DNA of 63,523 nucleotides, filler included, from Chiloscyllium plagiosum (lineage: Eukaryota), in the NCBI RefSeq assembly GCF_004010195.1. It is 4 parts of one record of this genome, joined end to end, with 100 filler letters (N's around TTAATTAATTAA, not from the genome) between each part and the next. Parts side by side here need not be neighbours in the genome. Positions count along the whole stretch, not along the records: positions 47,135 to 63,523 come from NC_057712.1; 3 more parts are not named here. The stretch is one strand, 5' to 3'. The notes below the pieces were generated by a model. It saw only the letters and a list, made by a program, of their open reading frames with translations, had not been told where the DNA came from and ran no database searches. This document shows, piece by piece, positions 63,172 to 63,523 of the stretch (positions within the stretch are counted from its first letter, which is position 1; the number at the start of each line of letters is the position of its first letter). Made by a program: the position numbers and the translations under genes.

Positions 63172-63523
63172 ATAGAACATAGAACATAGAAAAATACAGC
63201 GCAGTATAGGCCCTTTGGCCCTCGATGTTGCGCCGATCCAAGCCCACCTAACCTACACTAGCCCACTATCCTCCATATGCCTATCCAATGCCCGTTTAAA
63301 TGCCCATAAAGAGGGAGAGTCCACCACTGCTACTGGCAGGGCATTCCATGAACTCACGACTCGCTGAGTAAAGAATCTACCCCTAACATCTGTCCTATAC
63401 CTACCACCCCATAATTTAAAGCTATGTCCCCTCGTAATAGCTGACTCCATACATGGAAAAAGGTTCTCATGGTCAACCATATCTAAACCCCTAATCATCT
63501 TGTACACCTCTATCAAGCCACCC
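63172..63523 (-). mobile_element. CR1 3' end of another family, inserted into the previous CR1
   Basis: IEVYKMIRG..RVVSSWNALP; (ttctatg)n tail at ~63172-63190. Confidence 0.92.

Overview
Repeat-dense vertebrate genomic DNA. It is very likely from a cartilaginous fish (shark): the HE1/V-SINE-type tRNA-SINEs, CR1 LINEs and Penelope-like elements (PLEs) point that way, but the species assignment is inference. I found no intact host protein-coding gene; every long ORF is either a decayed retroelement ORF or an artefact of a stop-free minisatellite. Contents: many CR1 fragments plus one near-full-length CR1 (~47.35-51.02 kb; SGNH-esterase ORF1, APE-RT ORF2); a PLE with RT and GIY-YIG domains and an inverted 5' copy (13.1-15.4 kb); Neptune-type PLE pieces; RTE, Rex1, L2/Deu-SINE and ancient Gypsy remnants; a ~5.4 kb 19-bp minisatellite carrying Chi-like octamers; three artificial TTAATTAATTAA gap linkers; and a 500-N gap. 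Most notable: (1) about a dozen minimal hammerhead-ribozyme (HHR) motifs, including tiny (96-194 nt) TSD-bounded insertions whose ribozyme-sense 5' end starts at hammerhead helix I; (2) a CpG-island promoter (10.4-11.3 kb) with a six-unit array of overlapping RFX X-box/MYB motifs, followed by candidate spliced exons closed in all three frames (lncRNA or long 5'UTR); (3) twin-priming-type inversions in a CR1 and in a hammerhead mini-element; (4) a 452-bp direct repeat bracketing a CpG-retaining block, which may be an assembly artefact.
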